NCBI GenBank assembly: GCA_029882535.1
Contig: JAOUKM010000001.1
Coordinates: 86,037 to 110,036, forward strand
Source: Candidatus Bathyarchaeota archaeon
Lineage (GTDB): Archaea; Thermoproteota; Bathyarchaeia; Bathyarchaeales; SOJC01
Direction: 5' to 3'
Length of the DNA stretch: 24,000 nucleotides
A program made the translations under genes and the position numbers. Below the pieces are notes generated by a model. The model did not search any database. It saw nothing but the letters and a program-made list of their open reading frames with translations, and was not told the origin of the DNA. This document shows positions 23,890-24,000 of this stretch, one piece after another (position 1 is the first letter of the stretch; the number at the start of each line of letters is the position of its first letter).

Positions 23890-24000
23890 CTGAGTTCAGA
23901 ATTTCGCCAACTCGCGCGCGCTTCTGCAAGTTGCTAAATGTGAAAGATGCGGAAAAGTCATAGCAGAACCAAAGGAACTAATTAGAATACAGAAAAAATG

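Noticed and set aside
23894-24000. An open + frame at the window end reading ...AKCERCGKVIAEPKELIRIQKK (CxxC, zinc-ribbon-like), and a minus-strand frame ending at 23896
   Set aside because: The + frame has no ATG/GTG/TTG after the in-frame TGA at 23891 within the window. The minus frame product looks non-protein-like. There is too little sequence to call either. An ATG at 23998 may start something beyond the window.
1-24000. A search for CRISPR arrays, rRNA/tRNA genes, IS elements and integrases
   Set aside because: I found no spaced short-repeat arrays, no rRNA-like or cloverleaf-capable segments, and no transposase or integrase motifs in any frame. The only repeats seen are the 42-nt pair and the GC palindromes reported above.

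Overview
This is an archaeal chromosomal window. It carries PriS primase, GINS, Pus10, L21e, RpoF/Rpo4, SRP54, and aIF5A with deoxyhypusine synthase. First genes of units have TATA-like boxes about 25 nt upstream (leaderless style), and internal genes carry GAGG(T)-type Shine-Dalgarno motifs. The gene set fits a TACK-like lineage (e.g. Bathyarchaeia-like), but lineage cannot be fixed from this sequence alone.

Layout:
- 1-3318 (-): tight three-gene operon DUF362 -> FAD oxidoreductase -> GT2 glycosyltransferase. The GT2 gene runs off the left edge and is missing from the ORF track.
- 3601-7450 (+): priS, gins51-like, a TusA-like gene, an IscS-like gene whose PLP lysine is replaced (SSNDMYGPKG), iscU, and an untracked 50-aa Cys-rich ORF.
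- 7478-12834 (-): the conserved archaeal block srp54-pus10-rpl21e-rpoF-DUF655-ksgA-HemK-like methylase.
- 12941-14454 (+): PAC2/Pba-like proteasome chaperone ending in an HbYX tail, Hsp20, and a small membrane ORF.
- 14451-15811 (-): aIF5A followed by deoxyhypusine synthase.
- 16165-22051: sugar ABC transporter (PKD-domain-bearing binding protein, two permeases, a convergent ATPase) plus a TreT-like GT4 trehalose synthase. The cassette is bracketed by a 42-nt near-identical direct repeat.
- 22.1-24.0 kb: three separately promoted orphan genes (alpha/beta hydrolase, PD-(D/E)xK-like protein, mini HExxH protein), with GCGCGC-type palindromes in every intergenic spacer.

I could not support any rRNA, tRNA, CRISPR array, transposase or integrase. 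All function calls rest on motifs read by eye and remembered family signatures; no database search was run.
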